From an uncultured Verrucomicrobiae bacterium (lineage in GTDB: Bacteria > Chlamydiota > Chlamydiia > Chlamydiales > Rhabdochlamydiaceae): a stretch of 64,000 nucleotides of DNA. Of this stretch, positions 36,970 through 48,520 are shown piece by piece (position 1 is the first letter of the stretch; each line of letters opens with the position of its first letter). Under the pieces are notes generated by a model. It was not told the origin of the DNA, ran no database searches, and was given only the letters and a program-made list of their open reading frames with translations. A program made the position numbers and the translations under genes. Location of the stretch: positions 416,001 to 480,000 of the forward strand of contig CAWDYW010000001.1 in assembly GCA_963806855.1 (NCBI GenBank), read 5' to 3'.

Positions 36970-38581
36970 TTGGATTTTTCTTGATAACCACACTCGAACA
37001 CGCCCCAATCAAAAGCTGATCGACGACATGGCGCGGGGGATGCGCGACTATTGGCAGTTTGCTCCGCACCAAAAGGCGAAGGAGAAGATCGGCGCTGCTC
37101 TTGGATGTCCGCACAAGCATTTCTATTTAACCTCTGGGACCGCTGAGAATCAATTTCACGTACTATTTTCCCACTATATCGACTCCATGCGCGAAACAGG
37201 GCGTACGCACATTCTCGCTCTTGAGGAAATTAAGTGGCTCGAAAAATTTGAAGTGCAGGGGAAAGTGCTTCCTGTGAATGATCAGGGGCAGTTGACCGCA
37301 GCGCTGCTCCAGAAAGAAATCCGGGCCCGCAGTAGCATCTTGACCCTCTCTTGGGCCCATCCGGTCACGGGTGTGATCCAGCCGATCCACGATCTGATCG
37401 CTCTATGCAAACAAAATGACATTAAGGTCCATCTCGACATCAGCACGGCGATGGGAAAACTCTATTTGCTCGATCTCGATGCCGATTACATCACATTCGA
37501 TGGGCTGCTGTTTCATGCTCCAGGTCAATTGGGAGGGATCTTATCGAAGGAAAAGCTCTCGACTGCGGCCCAAAATGCGGCATTCGCTTCGGTGATGACG
37601 CTCGCCTCGGCACTTGAACTCGCCCAAGACAAAATCGACCACTATGCGCTGGAAGTGGCGCGGCTGAGAGATCTCTTAGAGCGAAGAATGGAAGAGCTGG
37701 GCGCCAAAATTTTCTTCCGTGAAGTGGAGCGGCTGCCGAATGTTGCTGTGGTGGCCTTTAAGGGGATCCATGGAGAAATGCTGCTGGCACAACTCAAAAA
37801 GCAAGGGGTGTTTGCAAGGACATGGCCCGATGACCCCTGTGCCATTAGTTTTGCCCTCTCTGATGAGACGACGCAGGAGGAAATAGAGTGCTTAAGTGCT
37901 ATCATGGCCACGCTGATCAACAAAAAGCCATTTGTCCCCTTTTCAGAAGAGGATGCGAAGCAAAAAAATATGCGAGTCGTCACCGGCTCCTTCGAGAAAA
38001 CGGTCACCCTATCGCTTCTTGTCGATGAAGAGGATGGGGTGGTTGCAGACTGCAGATTTGATCTCTTTGGCCCTCCTGCGCTGCACGATGCTGCCTCCGC
38101 CTTGACACAGCTGCTGCTTCGCAAAAATTATCTGCAAGCCAAGAGGATTTCGGCAGATTTGATCGAGGCGAAGATGTCCTCTAGCGACTGCACCTATCTC
38201 AATATGCTCATCGATCTGATCGATACGCTGACCGATCGATGCATGGATATCCCGATTGAAGACTTGTACACTGCGCCGCCTGATATGGATGAGGGAGAGC
38301 GCTACGTCTACCCTAACTGGGAAACTTTGAGCGCCGCCCAGAAAAAAGGGGTGATTGCCGAAGTGATCGAGCGGGATGTCCGTCCCTACGTGGAGCTCGA
38401 CGCAGGGGGTGTTGAAGTGGTCAAAGTGGAGGAAAATCGGGTCACAATTGTCTATAGCGGCAACTGCACTTCTTGCTATTCTGCCACGGGGGCAACACTC
38501 GAGGCGATCGGCAATATTTTGAGGCGCAAAGTCTATCCCGACTTGATGGTCATCCCAGATCTTTCAAAAATTGAAAAATAA
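36962..38581 (+). CDS. Fusion of a degenerate NifS/IscS-like domain and a NifU-like Fe-S scaffold
   Basis: IFLDNHTRTRP, WAHPVTGVIQP, then VDEEDGVVADCRF and the NifU-C VRPYVELDAGGVEV...GNCTSC, all in one ORF. Confidence 0.8.
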   Translation: MADWIFLDNHTRTRPNQKLIDDMARGMRDYWQFAPHQKAKEKIGAALGCPHKHFYLTSGTAENQFHVLFSHYIDSMRETGRTHILALEEIKWLEKFEVQGKVLPVNDQGQLTAALLQKEIRARSSILTLSWAHPVTGVIQPIHDLIALCKQNDIKVHLDISTAMGKLYLLDLDADYITFDGLLFHAPGQLGGILSKEKLSTAAQNAAFASVMTLASALELAQDKIDHYALEVARLRDLLERRMEELGAKIFFREVERLPNVAVVAFKGIHGEMLLAQLKKQGVFARTWPDDPCAISFALSDETTQEEIECLSAIMATLINKKPFVPFSEEDAKQKNMRVVTGSFEKTVTLSLLVDEEDGVVADCRFDLFGPPALHDAASALTQLLLRKNYLQAKRISADLIEAKMSSSDCTYLNMLIDLIDTLTDRCMDIPIEDLYTAPPDMDEGERYVYPNWETLSAAQKKGVIAEVIERDVRPYVELDAGGVEVVKVEENRVTIVYSGNCTSCYSATGATLEAIGNILRRKVYPDLMVIPDLSKIEK

Positions 38582-39074
38582 TTTTGTTCGCCAGGTCACT
38601 TAAATCCCATGCATGACCCGTCAGTTCAATCAGCGAAGTGACTGGCTGATCGGTTTCGACTGGCACATTGACATTGAGACCTATCCCGACCACAATGCCC
38701 ATGGAATGATCGAGGAAGATGCTCTCAGCTAAAATGCCGCACAATTTTTTCCCATTCACTAAGAGGTCATTGGGCCATTTCATCACCGCATCGATGTTCT
38801 CTGATCTTAGAACTTCCAAGGTGGAATGAGCAGCAAGTTGTGCAATCTTGGGTATGATTGGATCGTTTTGGGGTAGATGAAAAAAGAGGCTCATCGTCAA
38901 GTTCCCCTTTTTGGAGACCCAATGTTTGGAATAGCAGCCGCGGCCGGCCGTTTGGATGTCGGCGATCAGGCAGGTCAATTTGCTCGGGTCAAGAGTGCGG
39001 GCATGGGTCTTCATCCACGTGTTTGTTGAGTCGACAGTCTCAAAATGAATGGTATAGACTTCCATAGCGCCCAT
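38550..39074 (-). CDS. birA: Biotin-protein ligase (short, catalytic domain only)
   Basis: DSTN, QTAGRG, KWPNDL, KLCGIL and GIGLNVN. Confidence 0.92.
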   Translation of the reverse strand: MGAMEVYTIHFETVDSTNTWMKTHARTLDPSKLTCLIADIQTAGRGCYSKHWVSKKGNLTMSLFFHLPQNDPIIPKIAQLAAHSTLEVLRSENIDAVMKWPNDLLVNGKKLCGILAESIFLDHSMGIVVGIGLNVNVPVETDQPVTSLIELTGHAWDLSDLANKIIFQFLKDLG

Positions 39075-39090
39075 TATTATACTTCACATT

Positions 39091-40209
39091 ATGTGGAATA
39101 TCAAATCTTTAAAATGGATCGATTATCGGCTCGTGGTGCTCCTAACGGCGCTCATGACGATCAGTCTGCTTGTCATCTCTTCGACCACTTCTGAGGACTT
39201 AGAGGCTGCCTTTTTTACTCCCTATGTGGTCAAACAGCTTCAATTTTTTGGGATCGGGTGGGCTCTGTTTCTCTTCTTTAGTGGAATGGATTACCAGAAA
39301 CTGCGGGAATGGACCTGGATCCTCTATACCCTAATGTTCCTGATGCTCATCGGCCTTTTTTTCGTCCCCTCGATCCAAAACGTCCATCGGTGGTACCGGA
39401 TAGGGGTTTTCACCTTTCAGCCCTCCGAATATGCCAAGCTCATCGTCGTCTTGGCGGTCAGCTGGTTCTTAGATCGGAAAGGGGATCGGGCGAGCAATTG
39501 GTCTTCGGCATTTCAGGCGATGGCGATCATTTTCGTCCCCTTTGTCCTCATTTTAAAGCAGCCTGACCTCGGCACGGCGCTCGTCCTCTTTCCCATCGCC
39601 CTCATCCTCTTTTATTTTGGCGGCATCCGCAAAAGCGTCATCCTCTTCCTCTCCACATTTGCCTTCATAGCTTCAGTTTTTGTAAGTCTTTTTTTTCTGG
39701 GGGTTCTCGATCACGATTCCTTGCGCCCCTATGCGACCAAAGTCCTTAAGGATTATCAGTATGAGCGGCTCAATCCCGAGACCTACCACCAAAAAGCTGC
39801 CCAGACCGCGATTGCCCTAGGCGGGATGAGTGGAACGGGCTGGCAAAAGAGCGAATTCACTAAGCGTCAATGGCTTCCGGCGGCCCACACCGACTCGATC
39901 TTCCCTGCCTTCGCTGAGGAGTTTGGGACCCTGGGGGCAATTTTCTTGCTCGGCATTTTTTTCGGTTTGATCTATGTTAGCTTTCAGGTGACGGTAATGG
40001 CAAAAGATCGTTTCGGGCGGCTGCTAGCTGCTGGGATTTCTATCTATATCGCAATTCATATTGTGGTAAACTTAGGGATGATGACCGGTTTTTTGCCCAT
40101 CACGGGGGTGCCCCTGGTGATGGTCTCCTATGGGGGATCGTCGATATTGTCGACAATGACCGCCCTGGGGATTTTGCAAAGTATTTATAGCAGAAGGTTT
40201 ACATTTTGA
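39091..40209 (+). CDS. rodA: Rod shape-determining SEDS protein
   Basis: FQPSEYAK, QPDLGTA, AHTDSIF and TGVPLVMVSYGGSS. Confidence 0.92.
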   Translation: MWNIKSLKWIDYRLVVLLTALMTISLLVISSTTSEDLEAAFFTPYVVKQLQFFGIGWALFLFFSGMDYQKLREWTWILYTLMFLMLIGLFFVPSIQNVHRWYRIGVFTFQPSEYAKLIVVLAVSWFLDRKGDRASNWSSAFQAMAIIFVPFVLILKQPDLGTALVLFPIALILFYFGGIRKSVILFLSTFAFIASVFVSLFFLGVLDHDSLRPYATKVLKDYQYERLNPETYHQKAAQTAIALGGMSGTGWQKSEFTKRQWLPAAHTDSIFPAFAEEFGTLGAIFLLGIFFGLIYVSFQVTVMAKDRFGRLLAAGISIYIAIHIVVNLGMMTGFLPITGVPLVMVSYGGSSILSTMTALGILQSIYSRRFTF

Positions 40210-40649
40210 AAGATCATACATTTTTATTTGAATCCAAAAAATGGCTTGGCGAAGGGACGATCAAACTCTCGATGTCCGACGAGGAGCTCCGCTTTTATAC
40301 CCGATGGAATTTGGGTGCGATCGATCCAGCCGGAAAGATCCCAGCCTTCCAAGAGGTGCAGATCACCGGAGTCGAAGAGGCGATGCAAAATCAATTCCTG
40401 ATCACCGATCTCACCCCAACCCATTTTAACATCGAACTCGAGAATGCCGCTCTAGGAAAAATCACCGGCAAAGGGATCATCAAAGACAAACTGATCGCCT
40501 GGGAGTTTCGCAACAAAGAGATCGGCTTCGAAGGGTTTGAGTTCTACGAAAGACAAGAGGATGGCTCCTATCTCATGCGTGCCGAATATGCGACCCCAGA
40601 TCACTTCCGGACGATGATCCGCGCCAAAATCTGGGAACGTAAAGAATGA
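40206..40649 (+). CDS. Hypothetical protein (beta-rich), coupled to rodA
   Basis: Overlapping start/stop codons on both sides; backbone-like codon usage. Confidence 0.7.
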   Translation: MKDHTFLFESKKWLGEGTIKLSMSDEELRFYTRWNLGAIDPAGKIPAFQEVQITGVEEAMQNQFLITDLTPTHFNIELENAALGKITGKGIIKDKLIAWEFRNKEIGFEGFEFYERQEDGSYLMRAEYATPDHFRTMIRAKIWERKE

Positions 40650-40972
40650 AGAAGCTACTAGTCTGCCTGTTATTGTGTACATCCCTCTCGGCGATGACGC
40701 GGCTCGACTTCAATGAAATCATGCTCGGCACGTCCATCGGCGAAGTGCTCAACTGCTACGGCGATCCTTACGCCGTCTCCGAGCCACCCTGCGGCGGCGT
40801 CCAGTTCGAATACATCGAGCGGATCACCATGAATAGCGTCCTCGTCTACGAAAACCACTTCTATCTTCTCATTATGGATGACATCGTCGTCTCCAAATAC
40901 TTCTCCGAAGAAGACCGTCCGGCCTTCGACGAAATGTACCAGCAAGACCCCAATTATCCTAATTTTCCCTGA
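40646..40972 (+). CDS. Small exported protein, SmpA/BamE-like
   Basis: Signal peptide; FNEIMLGTSIGEV..YGDP pattern. Confidence 0.55.
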   Translation: MKKLLVCLLLCTSLSAMTRLDFNEIMLGTSIGEVLNCYGDPYAVSEPPCGGVQFEYIERITMNSVLVYENHFYLLIMDDIVVSKYFSEEDRPAFDEMYQQDPNYPNFP

Positions 40973-40985
40973 CCTTTAATAGGTT

Positions 40986-41014
40986 TTGAAATCAAATATC
41001 TAATCCGATATAAT
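40986..41014 (+). promoter_or_regulatory. Sigma66/70-like promoter
   Basis: TTGAAA-N17-TATAAT upstream of an AGAGG RBS. Confidence 0.6.
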
Positions 41015-41044
41015 TATTTCGATTATTAAATAAAGAGGCAAGAA

Positions 41045-43036
41045 ATGGATCTTATCGCGTCATTGAAAAGTGCTGACTCTACATCTAAATGGCTGAATTA
41101 TTTTGGTTTAGACCAGTTCAATTCTATAAAGGAGCTTCACTTACTTGAAAGAGTTCGATCAATTTATTTAAGAAATAGTGGTGTCCATCCATCGTCTGTT
41201 AATTTGCGTGTATCTAGCGAGGATAGTTATTTGCAACTAAAGAAAGACGAAAGCTCCATGGAGTATAGCCATTTGCACTTAAATAAACGATTTTTAAATA
41301 AAGACAAAAGCCTCTCAATGGATGTTCACCCTCTTATGCTTATAGAGTCCAAGGACTTGCCTACTTCGCTTATGGAAAAGCTTCAGTCGCAAGAGATGAG
41401 TGAGGAAGTTTTTGAAGAATTACAAGTTTGGGTAGAACAATATTTTGGCATTGAAATTAAGGATAAAAAGGAATTTCAGGATGCGGTCATTTTTTATTCA
41501 GGGATTTGGAAACAACCTGAAATGATTGAAAGAGTTCAAAATCTTTTGGTCGCTAAACACATTCTTGAAGCAAAGACTTACCAAGCAGCATGGAAATGGA
41601 CAGGAGCAATTAATCCGCTGCCATTGATCCTAGTTGCTCCGGTGGGATTTTTGTTCGGATTGGCTATTAGTATAATTGCGGTAATAGCGATTTTTGCAAT
41701 AACAGCGCACGTTATTTTATGTAATCGCAGTAATTCGCGTGGTTTTTTGGATTTTATTCGCAGGACAAAGGACGTAGAAGCTCTTAAAATTGTGTTAGAG
41801 GCATCAGAAGCTGTACAAAGAACAAATGAAGGTTTTTTTTCTAAGTGTATTCCTAGTTTCTTATCATTAAATCCATCTCTAAAAGATCTATTGGCCAAGA
41901 TGGAAGCATTTGCGAAAGAGAAAAATGTTGTATATGAACCATTACCTAAAACGGGATTCGAAAATGAAAACAAAATAAATAACATAAACAAAAACCTCTT
42001 CTTTTATTTTTTGAGGCCAATAAATTTTATTTTTTGGACAACAATGTTTCTAGAAGGCCTTATTGTAGCTTCAGATCCTAGAGGATTTGGCTGGGGGGGG
42101 CCTTATTCTCGAGTGCCTTTATTCCTGGGTGTTTTTAATTTAGCGATTTGTAAAGTATTAAACTCAGTAAATCGTTATTTTAAGGCTGATATTGATCAAA
42201 TATCTCTAGAGCATGAAAAACTTAAGGAAATTGAGGAGCTCCTAACAAAAAGTTATCAAAAAGCTGGAGGAGTTCTAACTTATAAAGATGGAAAAAGGCA
42301 AGGTTTTTATTATAAGGGTCTCTACATTCGATCGGAGTCTCCATTAGATCCAACAGCGCTAAATGGTTACTTCGACGTGCCAACAAAATACGTTGCTGCT
42401 GCTTTCGCAATCCTCTTGTTATTTAATACCAATGTTCTGCAATCAACGAGGGCTTATCTTAGCTCCTTTTGGAATACAATTTCGAAGCCGTCCCAAACTA
42501 TTGTTGATCCACCTCCTCAAATGAAATTCACTCCGAAGGAGGCTACTTCTCCTACAGCCAAAGCGGTCAATGCCTGTGTTTCAAGATTTCTTCATGCCCC
42601 ATCCCTCAATGCCGGACATATTTTTCAATGTCTAGATCCATCAAAACCTCTTGGCTATTATGACAATTCACAGAAGATCAAACAAGCTTATAGAGCATTA
42701 ACCCAATTCCTTCATCCTGACCATGGAGGGAGCAGCCAAGAGATGTATGCATTAAGTGAAGCAAAAGAGAAGTTAAATAAGATAATTACTTCTAAAGCCA
42801 AGGCGGTCAATGATTGTGTTTCAAGATTTCTTGATATGCCATGCGCCTATGCCAGATATATTTTTCAATGTCTAGATCCATCAAAACCTCTTGGCTATTA
42901 TGACAATTCACAGAAGATCGAACAAGCGTATAGTGCATTAACCCAATTCCTTTATCCTGGCCATGGAGGGAGCAGTCAAAAGATGGTTGCGTTAGATGAT
43001 GCGAAAGTGTGCTTAACCGATTTTGTGAATTTTTAA
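41045..43036 (+). CDS. Multi-TM protein with tandem C-terminal J-domain and J-like repeats
   Basis: Hydrophobic segments; IKQAYRALTQFLHPDHGGS and a second copy with YPGHGGS; 240-bp repeat at 42556 and 42796. Confidence 0.75.
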   Translation: MDLIASLKSADSTSKWLNYFGLDQFNSIKELHLLERVRSIYLRNSGVHPSSVNLRVSSEDSYLQLKKDESSMEYSHLHLNKRFLNKDKSLSMDVHPLMLIESKDLPTSLMEKLQSQEMSEEVFEELQVWVEQYFGIEIKDKKEFQDAVIFYSGIWKQPEMIERVQNLLVAKHILEAKTYQAAWKWTGAINPLPLILVAPVGFLFGLAISIIAVIAIFAITAHVILCNRSNSRGFLDFIRRTKDVEALKIVLEASEAVQRTNEGFFSKCIPSFLSLNPSLKDLLAKMEAFAKEKNVVYEPLPKTGFENENKINNINKNLFFYFLRPINFIFWTTMFLEGLIVASDPRGFGWGGPYSRVPLFLGVFNLAICKVLNSVNRYFKADIDQISLEHEKLKEIEELLTKSYQKAGGVLTYKDGKRQGFYYKGLYIRSESPLDPTALNGYFDVPTKYVAAAFAILLLFNTNVLQSTRAYLSSFWNTISKPSQTIVDPPPQMKFTPKEATSPTAKAVNACVSRFLHAPSLNAGHIFQCLDPSKPLGYYDNSQKIKQAYRALTQFLHPDHGGSSQEMYALSEAKEKLNKIITSKAKAVNDCVSRFLDMPCAYARYIFQCLDPSKPLGYYDNSQKIEQAYSALTQFLYPGHGGSSQKMVALDDAKVCLTDFVNF

Positions 43037-43044
43037 AAAAATCT

Positions 43045-44505
43045 CTAAGGAAGTATTAGGCGATACCCCTTCATCTCTGCCGTATTGGAATCCTCGAAAG
43101 CATGTGTAGCTCTGAGCATTGCATGAGCGCTATCGAAATCGCTCCAGTCGATGAGAGAGGTATACTTTTGGACAAAATCGAGCGAGCGAATTAGGGCATC
43201 GGGCCGATAATTGTGGGTGAGTGCTTTTAGGGCTGAGATGTAGTTATTGCGAAAGATAGTCGGAATGATGATTCGCGCTTCATCAGCAGCGACGAGCTCT
43301 GCATTCATCATGATCCGTGCGCATCTGCCGTTTCCATCTGTAAAGGGGTGGACCTCTGCAATGAGAAACATCATGTAGACAGCCCGCTTAAATGCCGTAT
43401 TTAATCCTTGAAGCCACTCAAATCCTTTCCGTAAGGTTCCTTCGACAAGATCGGGTTCTACAAAGATGGTAGCTCCTGCGCGGTTTATTGTGGTTTTAAA
43501 GTCGCCGGGATTGACCTCTGGTCGTCCATGCATCAGAAGAGCATGCCGCCTTTTTAAAATGATGAGCAATTCATCTGGGGTTCTTGGAGTTTTTTCCATC
43601 TCCACTAGATCGGAAACAATTTGATATGTTCCCAAAATATCATGAGCATCTGCAGGGCGCCCCTTAGGAATTTTCCCCTCGAAGATAATTTCTGCTGCCT
43701 CTTCCACTAGAAACTCTGTTCCTTCAATGAAATTAGAGAAATAGGCTTCAAAGAAGGGAAGCGCAGAACTAGGATGGTTAGCGCTCCGTTCTGGGGTATC
43801 TGTTGTGGCAAGGGCTTCATATAGTTTTTGGAATAGATCTAGCCTTTTTGAGTCATAGGGTAGCCCTTGTGCTCGAGCAATACCGAGGGGAGATGACATT
43901 GGCATTTGATTGGTTCCTAATAGAGTCCCGATGATCCCATTCAGAATTTTATATTCCTGTTCTAAATCAAGTTGAGGAGCAATTTTCCGCGCATCATCTC
44001 GGAGAGTCTGGAGAGCTTCCGCACCTGCTCTCTGGAGAAGCAGTTCCAACCGTTCTTCAATCTCCTTGCGAGTAAGCGTTCTAGAAATGGCCCCTTCCTT
44101 CCTTCGCCGTTTGCAGAGATTTTCCAAATACGCGCGAGCGGGGGAAGATAGGTAAAGGGTGCTCATAAATGGTCTATCATCTTCTAAAGGGCCATGTCCT
44201 TTTCTCGGATAAATCGAAAGGCCTGGGAGAGAGACCGGACGCTTCTTTTTTGAAACAAGGAAGACAGACCCGTCTGCGGCTGGCCGATGTTCTATAGCTG
44301 TTCTGTCGACAATCACACTCCCTGGGAATAGCTCTCTGATAATAAACCAAACATGCCGTTTGATGAGCGCTTCCGGGGGTTCCGAGAAATTGGTCGTATA
44401 GACGCGGCTGCCTAACCGACGTAGCAATCCCTTTTTAACCGCCTTGGAGACTTGGGAGGCAATGGAAGCATTGGAAACAAAGACCTCTGGAAAGGAAATG
44501 GTCAT
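43045..44505 (-). CDS. Fic-family protein with an N-terminal HTH-like region
   Basis: FSNFIEG, PGDFK and canonical HPFTDGNGRCAR; N-terminal VSKAVKKGLLRRLGSRVY. Confidence 0.9.
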   Translation of the reverse strand: MTISFPEVFVSNASIASQVSKAVKKGLLRRLGSRVYTTNFSEPPEALIKRHVWFIIRELFPGSVIVDRTAIEHRPAADGSVFLVSKKKRPVSLPGLSIYPRKGHGPLEDDRPFMSTLYLSSPARAYLENLCKRRRKEGAISRTLTRKEIEERLELLLQRAGAEALQTLRDDARKIAPQLDLEQEYKILNGIIGTLLGTNQMPMSSPLGIARAQGLPYDSKRLDLFQKLYEALATTDTPERSANHPSSALPFFEAYFSNFIEGTEFLVEEAAEIIFEGKIPKGRPADAHDILGTYQIVSDLVEMEKTPRTPDELLIILKRRHALLMHGRPEVNPGDFKTTINRAGATIFVEPDLVEGTLRKGFEWLQGLNTAFKRAVYMMFLIAEVHPFTDGNGRCARIMMNAELVAADEARIIIPTIFRNNYISALKALTHNYRPDALIRSLDFVQKYTSLIDWSDFDSAHAMLRATHAFEDSNTAEMKGYRLILP

Positions 44506-44526
44506 TAAGTACCCCTTTTTACCCTA

Positions 44527-44604
44527 TTTTGGCAACTTTTTGGGTTTTAAGGAAGGGTTTTGGCAACTTTTTGGGAACTCGCTGTGATTTTGGCAACTTT
44601 TTGG
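44527..44604. repeat. Three 17-bp direct repeats TTTTGGCAACTTTTTGG (probable operators)
   Basis: Copies at 44527, 44558 and 44588 (period 31/30 bp), directly upstream of the Fic gene. Confidence 0.85.
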
Positions 44605-44654
44605 TCTTTTTGACATCCAGCCGTAACTAGTTGGCAATTAGTTAAATAAAATTA

Positions 44655-44683
44655 TTTACTTTTATTATTAATTATAGTACAAT
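44655..44683 (+). promoter_or_regulatory. Sigma66/70-like promoter, possibly giving a leaderless mRNA
   Basis: TTTACT-N17-TACAAT ending 7 nt before ATG 44691. Confidence 0.4.
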
Positions 44684-44690
44684 TGTTAAT

Positions 44691-45737
44691 ATGAGTAATA
44701 TAACAGGCTTACTATCAAGGTCTTTATTTTCAATTCCTGTCTATTGGGGAATTGCGCAATTACCCTCGATACAAATAATCAGTTTAGGGTTGACTGTCAT
44801 CTCTTATGGGAAACAGCTGGTCTGGGATTACGATCCAACGATCTCACGCAAATGGAAAGTGTTGCGCTGGATGGCGGGCGGGGCTTTAATCGTTGGGGCA
44901 GTGGCAAGTCTGATTTATGGAAGCACAAATCTGATCAATTTGTCCAGGGGAGCGGGATTGCGCAGGGCCATTTTCTTTGGTGAAAATCCTGGAATTTCAG
45001 CAGAAAAAGATCCATATGAAAGTGCTTACGAAGGTTATTACGAGAAGACGACTCCTATTGAAGGTCTAATGTCTCAAAATCCAGTATGCAAGGAGCGGAT
45101 TCTCTATTTAGCAGCTTCTGCGGAAGTAGATCACAATGGAGCGACTGATCCCTTTCAATCTTTCGGTGACGAAAATTTTGACAAAACCGTTCCCCACTGC
45201 ATTCGTAAATTTTCCGATGTTGTTTATAAGACTATCCGTCATCCATTGCAAATTTGTGAACGAATCCAATCAGCGGCAAAAGAGGGGCCTATTCAAGACC
45301 TATTCATTCATGCACATGGCAATCCATACACAATGGGGCTCAGTAAAAGCTCGAGATTTAAAGTGTTTGATCTTCTTCCTCAAGACTGTTTTGATGGACT
45401 TGCCTCTAATGCTAGAATTTTTATTAATTCATGTAGAACGGGAGCAAATGGATTATCGCAACCCAATATAGCTCAATGGATCTCTTGGATTTCCAATAGA
45501 GAGGTGATCGCATCCGATGATGCGACTGCGGATGTCCGTTGTTTCATTGATCAGTTTGACAATCGATTGAATGTTAAGGAGTTTTATTTTTCTAATGGTT
45601 TCCACTCTTTTCATCTCGCCCAATCTCTGGGTGCGCAAGGGATATTCTTTGCCCAAACTGTCTTAACTGGTCTGATCGGAGTGCGCGTATTCCAGCAAAT
45701 TTGGTCAGTTTTTCAGCGAGGGCGTGCTTTGTTATGA
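44691..45737 (+). CDS. Membrane protein with a DUF4347/clan-CD peptidase-like His-Cys domain, copy 1
   Basis: N- and C-terminal hydrophobic segments; DLFIHAHG and IFINSCRTG. Confidence 0.6.
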   Translation: MSNITGLLSRSLFSIPVYWGIAQLPSIQIISLGLTVISYGKQLVWDYDPTISRKWKVLRWMAGGALIVGAVASLIYGSTNLINLSRGAGLRRAIFFGENPGISAEKDPYESAYEGYYEKTTPIEGLMSQNPVCKERILYLAASAEVDHNGATDPFQSFGDENFDKTVPHCIRKFSDVVYKTIRHPLQICERIQSAAKEGPIQDLFIHAHGNPYTMGLSKSSRFKVFDLLPQDCFDGLASNARIFINSCRTGANGLSQPNIAQWISWISNREVIASDDATADVRCFIDQFDNRLNVKEFYFSNGFHSFHLAQSLGAQGIFFAQTVLTGLIGVRVFQQIWSVFQRGRALL

Positions 45738-46756
45738 GTAATATAACTAGCTTGGTTTCAAGGTCTTTATTTTCTATTCCTGTCTACTGGGGAATTGCGC
45801 AATTGCCCTCGATACAAAAAATCAGTTTAGGGTTGACGGCTCTCTCTTATGGGAAACAACTGGTCTGGGATTATGATCCATCGATCTCGCGCAAATGGAA
45901 AGTGTTGCGCTGGATGGCGGGCGGAGCTTTAATCGTTGGGGCAGTGGCAAGTCTGGTTAATGAAAGCACAACTTTGTTCAATTTGTCCAGGAGCGAGGGA
46001 TTGAGCGGGGCAACTCTCTTTGGTGAAAATCCTGGAATTTCAGCAGAAAAGGATCCTTATGAAAGTGCTTACGAAGGTTATTATGAGAAGTCGACGCCTA
46101 TTGAAGGTCTAATGTCTCAAAATCCAGTATGCAAGGAGCGGGCTCTCTATTTAGCAGCTTCTGCGGAAACAGATCATAATGGAGCGATTGATCCTTTCCT
46201 ATATCGCGGTTTCCCAAATTTTCACACAATCGTTCCCCACTGCCTTCATAAATTTTCCGATGTTGTTTATAAGACTATCCGCCATCCATTGCAAATTTGT
46301 GAACGAATCCAATCAGCGGCAAAAGAGGGGCCTATTCAAGATCTATTCATTAGTGCACATGGAGCTCCTTATGCAATGAGCCTCAGTACAAACTCGACAT
46401 TTAAAGTGTTTGATCTTCTTCCTCAAGACTGTTTTGATGGACTTGCTTCTAAGGCTAGAATATTTCTTGTTTCATGTAGTACGGGAGCAGATGGTTTATG
46501 GCAACCCAACATAGCTCAATGGATCTCTTGGATTTCCAATAGAGAGGTGATCGCGCCCGATATTCCATTTACGACTGCCAGTTGTTTCATTCGTGTGATG
46601 GGTTATCCTTGGAATTTCCACTCTTTTCATCTCGCCCAATCTCTGGGTGCGCAAGGGATATTCTTTGCCCAAACCGTCATGACTGGTTTGGTCGGAGCGC
46701 ATGTATTCCGGCAAGTTTTTCAACTTGGCCGCTCCTTCTATCGTCGCTTTGCTTGA
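45734..46756 (+). CDS. Paralog of the preceding gene, copy 2
   Basis: Near-identical DNA; DLFISAHG and IFLVSCSTG; ATGA overlap at 45734. Confidence 0.6.
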   Translation: MSNITSLVSRSLFSIPVYWGIAQLPSIQKISLGLTALSYGKQLVWDYDPSISRKWKVLRWMAGGALIVGAVASLVNESTTLFNLSRSEGLSGATLFGENPGISAEKDPYESAYEGYYEKSTPIEGLMSQNPVCKERALYLAASAETDHNGAIDPFLYRGFPNFHTIVPHCLHKFSDVVYKTIRHPLQICERIQSAAKEGPIQDLFISAHGAPYAMSLSTNSTFKVFDLLPQDCFDGLASKARIFLVSCSTGADGLWQPNIAQWISWISNREVIAPDIPFTTASCFIRVMGYPWNFHSFHLAQSLGAQGIFFAQTVMTGLVGAHVFRQVFQLGRSFYRRFA

Positions 46757-46769
46757 AGTTCTTCTATGA

Positions 46770-48516
<1,747 letters not shown>

Positions 48517-48520
<4 letters not shown>

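Noticed and set aside
44527..44604. Mini CRISPR array
   Set aside because: The 17-bp repeats and 13-14-nt spacers are too short, and no cas genes are present.
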